A stretch of DNA of 17,761 nt, taken from NCBI GenBank assembly GCA_038877255.1, contig JAVYWZ010000015.1, forward strand, positions 1 to 17,761, written 5' to 3'. The translations under genes and the position numbers were made by a program. Position 1 is the stretch's first letter, and each line of letters begins with the position of its first letter. Below the pieces are notes generated by a model, which was not told where the DNA came from, did no database searches, and saw only the letters and a program-made list of their open reading frames with translations. This document shows positions 16,501 to 17,761 of this stretch, in pieces. This DNA is from Candidatus Micrarchaeaceae archaeon (GTDB taxonomy: Archaea > Micrarchaeota > Micrarchaeia > Micrarchaeales > CABMGC01).

Positions 16501-16976
16501 ATTATGCCTGCAACAGCGTCAATGAGCTCGCGCCTCTCTTTCGCGTTAAGCTCTGTTATCTTTCCTATCTCACCCTGTGCGACTGTGTTGCGCTCGTCAG
16601 CATAGATTCTATGCGTGGAAAGCAGTTCAACAGTTTCTTGCCTAGTCAAGTGCTTGCCGTTCACCTTGTATGTGCTTTTGCCATCAGAGCTCAAAGACCG
16701 TGTTATTTCTATTTGCTCTTCGCCACCAAACTCAAGCCTGACATATGCTTTTGTAGCGGTATTTTTCTTGCCTTCGTTGTATATTAGATCATCAAGCCGG
16801 CTTGCCCTAAGCCTGTGCAAAGAGTTCTCACCAAGGCAGAATAGCATTGCATCGCAGATATTGCTTTTGCCAGAGCCGTTTGCCCCTACAATGGCGTTGA
16901 AGCCCTTGTCAAAGAGCAACTCAGCATGCTTGAAGGACTTGAACCTATCAAGTGCTAATGCCTTGATGTAAAGCAT
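13542..16976 (-). CDS. smc: Chromosome segregation protein SMC
   Basis: FKSF, Walker A GANGSGKSN, Q-loop VAQG, hinge GVYGTV/GKATFIPL/VTLDGE...G.VSGG, long coiled coils, signature LSGGEK, Walker B IFDEIDASLD and VVSH. Confidence 0.98.
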   Translation of the reverse strand: MLYIKALALDRFKSFKHAELLFDKGFNAIVGANGSGKSNICDAMLFCLGENSLHRLRASRLDDLIYNEGKKNTATKAYVRLEFGGEEQIEITRSLSSDGKSTYKVNGKHLTRQETVELLSTHRIYADERNTVAQGEIGKITELNAKERRELIDAVAGIMEFERKKDEALKELDKVNMKISEMQGIFQERLGFLKELEKEKEIAERYSAMATRLKQLNYSALLARISITQSTIESYQKDMETLQNQKAEEEASAKKLYDALSSVNAERQELTKSIEENTKQIGNVNELLQKLSAQLAESLAKIANYASEIEAVKKERTEKQEALKATELSINDNENAITQLSKELETLEGRIPKSSHAQEMRTMKGLTDKISTLEEQEKSIMESIAKLDLECALYTSKEETAKAELNDLKTRLKVLEDEHETIERAAKLAKSNIEASAHEVEKQNERLNELVKLIDEKGAKVLELKEQRAMNASRENQSKEALLRAFDASSGVYGTVGDLCEYEEQYVEAVEAAAGSRLDYIIVDNIDTAGKAIAYLKSKGIGKATFIPLQEIRVAQPKAVEAKSLLSVVSYDKRFEKAFTFVFGNTYIVNTLQEAKALGIGTCRYVTLDGELVESSGLVSGGSNKKSRMTLHSINSMLKQLDADMSQLLAEKQQLDAKLFELKKGIASEEIRLNILGDNLTNVTKQQTAMEEQAKALNDEIARQETLKANSESQKKELAIKLGTITNELADAKAKLKEVYSALGKDDTQQEASSEAEELQKKAESTRIKIAELRKENQMLNAKKAEIENSIEKASRAIAETEKMLSEERNAKNTYEKEKNTIEEQIRNSGKVYREAYDKINELEHKAIEISKQLGESGSRSKELESEIKEIQIKKGQLDVRLNDLRAELAAYEQGIEVIKDKSIDEMEKEAGALSMQIQELGTVNMKAPEVYALKKKEVDDAQSKLYTLETERRSVLGLIDEVDKKKLAAFMSTFTEIEKNFEKMYKYIFPGEARLVLDNEKDPFSGGLEIKITGTNRKGELVALSGGEKALVSLMLLFAIHMYKPASLYIFDEIDASLDKENSKKLSQLIKELSKDAQFIVVSHNDSLILNASAAIGVIKSDGISKVVGVELSSISNNGNIGNNGNIGSSGNSGNSGNIQVMQ
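13561..13632. repeat. 9-bp tandem repeat (8 imperfect units) encoding the (G-N-x)n tail of SMC
   Basis: + strand units: ttaccgcta ttgccgctg ttgccgcta ctgccaatg ttgccattg ttgccaatg ttgccattg ttgctgatg. Confidence 0.85.
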
Positions 16977-17014
16977 GATACCACTTAGTCGCCGAACAAA
17001 CTTGTATTTAAGAA

Positions 17015-17022
17015 ATTATAAA
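17015..17022 (-). promoter_or_regulatory. Putative TATA box of smc
   Basis: TTTATAAT on the - strand, about 40 nt upstream of ATG 16976. Confidence 0.45.
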
Positions 17023-17094
17023 TCTATCGCAAGCAGCTTTGCATAATTATATATGCATGTTAAACGAATGCGGCGCTCGTAGTGTGTTGCGTCG

Positions 17095-17760
17095 CTATTG
17101 CTTTGCTTGTTTTTGCCTGTTTGATTTTTGCGCTACGTGCAACGACACAAACGCTTCAAGGTGCTGTGCAGTTACTATTCCAATGAGTTTGCCGCCCTTT
17201 GTCACAGCTGCTATACTGGCTTCCTTGTTTTCCAACAATGAGATTGCATCTACTACATTTGTGTTTTCAGGTATGTTTAGTATTGGAATGGAGAGATCGG
17301 CTACGTATCTTGCTGTGCCGAGCCTTCTCTTGTCAAACAGATTTACATAGGCATATGCGCCTTGCATATGCGTTATTACCATGTGTTTTTTGCTTCTTTT
17401 TACTGCGTTGTAAAGCTCTTTTATGCTCGCGTTCGGATTGGCAAGCACAAAATCTTTGGTCGCAGCACTCTTAACGCTTAGGCCACGTGCGTTCTTCCTC
17501 AATATGGCATTGTTTTGCTCGGCCTCTGCGCCGCCATAAAGTATGAATACAGTGAACAGCGTTATGACAAAGAGAGTCTCTTTGTAATAGAAAGAAGAGC
17601 TTATTATAAGCACGTATGCAAGTGCGCCAATTACAAGCGCATACATGATTGCCTTGCTAGTCTTTACAGTCAGCATGGTTGCATCGTAGAAGTTGTGCTT
17701 CCTTTCCAGGTAGCTTCTGAATACCCTGCCACCATCAGTGGGAAATGCAGGCAGCAGATT
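17095..17760 (-). CDS. Site-2 protease family (M50) membrane zinc metalloprotease with C-terminal CBS pair (partial, starts beyond the window)
   Basis: The frame stays open to the window edge and reads NLLPAFPTDGGRVF (M50 NxxPxxxxDG motif), then TM helices and CBS repeats (GKLIGIVT). The ATG at 17676 is internal. Confidence 0.9.
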   Translation of the reverse strand, partial: NLLPAFPTDGGRVFRSYLERKHNFYDATMLTVKTSKAIMYALVIGALAYVLIISSSFYYKETLFVITLFTVFILYGGAEAEQNNAILRKNARGLSVKSAATKDFVLANPNASIKELYNAVKRSKKHMVITHMQGAYAYVNLFDKRRLGTARYVADLSIPILNIPENTNVVDAISLLENKEASIAAVTKGGKLIGIVTAQHLEAFVSLHVAQKSNRQKQAKQ

Positions 17761-17761
17761 T

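Noticed and set aside
8538..16971. Numerous + strand ORFs antisense to EF-2, ribosomal proteins, signal peptidase and smc
   Set aside because: Shadow ORFs of well-supported - strand genes.
1..17761. Stop-codon reassignment
   Set aside because: TAA, TAG and TGA all end conserved genes at expected positions (rps7 TAA, dnaG TAG, rps12 and EF-2 TGA), and no gene is interrupted.

Overview
A 17.8 kb archaeal chromosomal window of mostly core genes, probably from a DPANN lineage such as Micrarchaeota (inferred from the KAQSAMEYLMTYGWAILII pilin motif, GGTG(A) Shine-Dalgarno sites and divergent archaeal housekeeping proteins). The left part holds the end of a probable glycyl-tRNA synthetase, an OGG1-type glycosylase, a class III signal-peptide pilin, two N-sequon-rich membrane proteins sharing a 4-Cys domain, an orphan ORF, hjc (- strand) and archaeal dnaG. 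The rest is on the - strand: a partial M50/CBS protease, smc, signal peptidase I, a reduced rpl30e-rps12-rps7-EF2 cluster with no nusA, and a tandem Lrp/AsnC regulator. The most notable observations are: (1) EF-2 has lost both residues that bind the monovalent cation in translational GTPases (P-loop D->H, switch I G->R); (2) uS12 changes near-invariant decoding-loop residues (PNSA->PHSG, GDIPG->GCIPG); (3) an exact 20-bp non-coding direct repeat, with accessory motifs, brackets this translation cluster; (4) two long intergenic regions contain + strand RNA hairpins; (5) the signal peptidase may start at an ATA codon. No CRISPR array, tRNA, rRNA or transposase was recognised. All calls are by eye, with no database searches.
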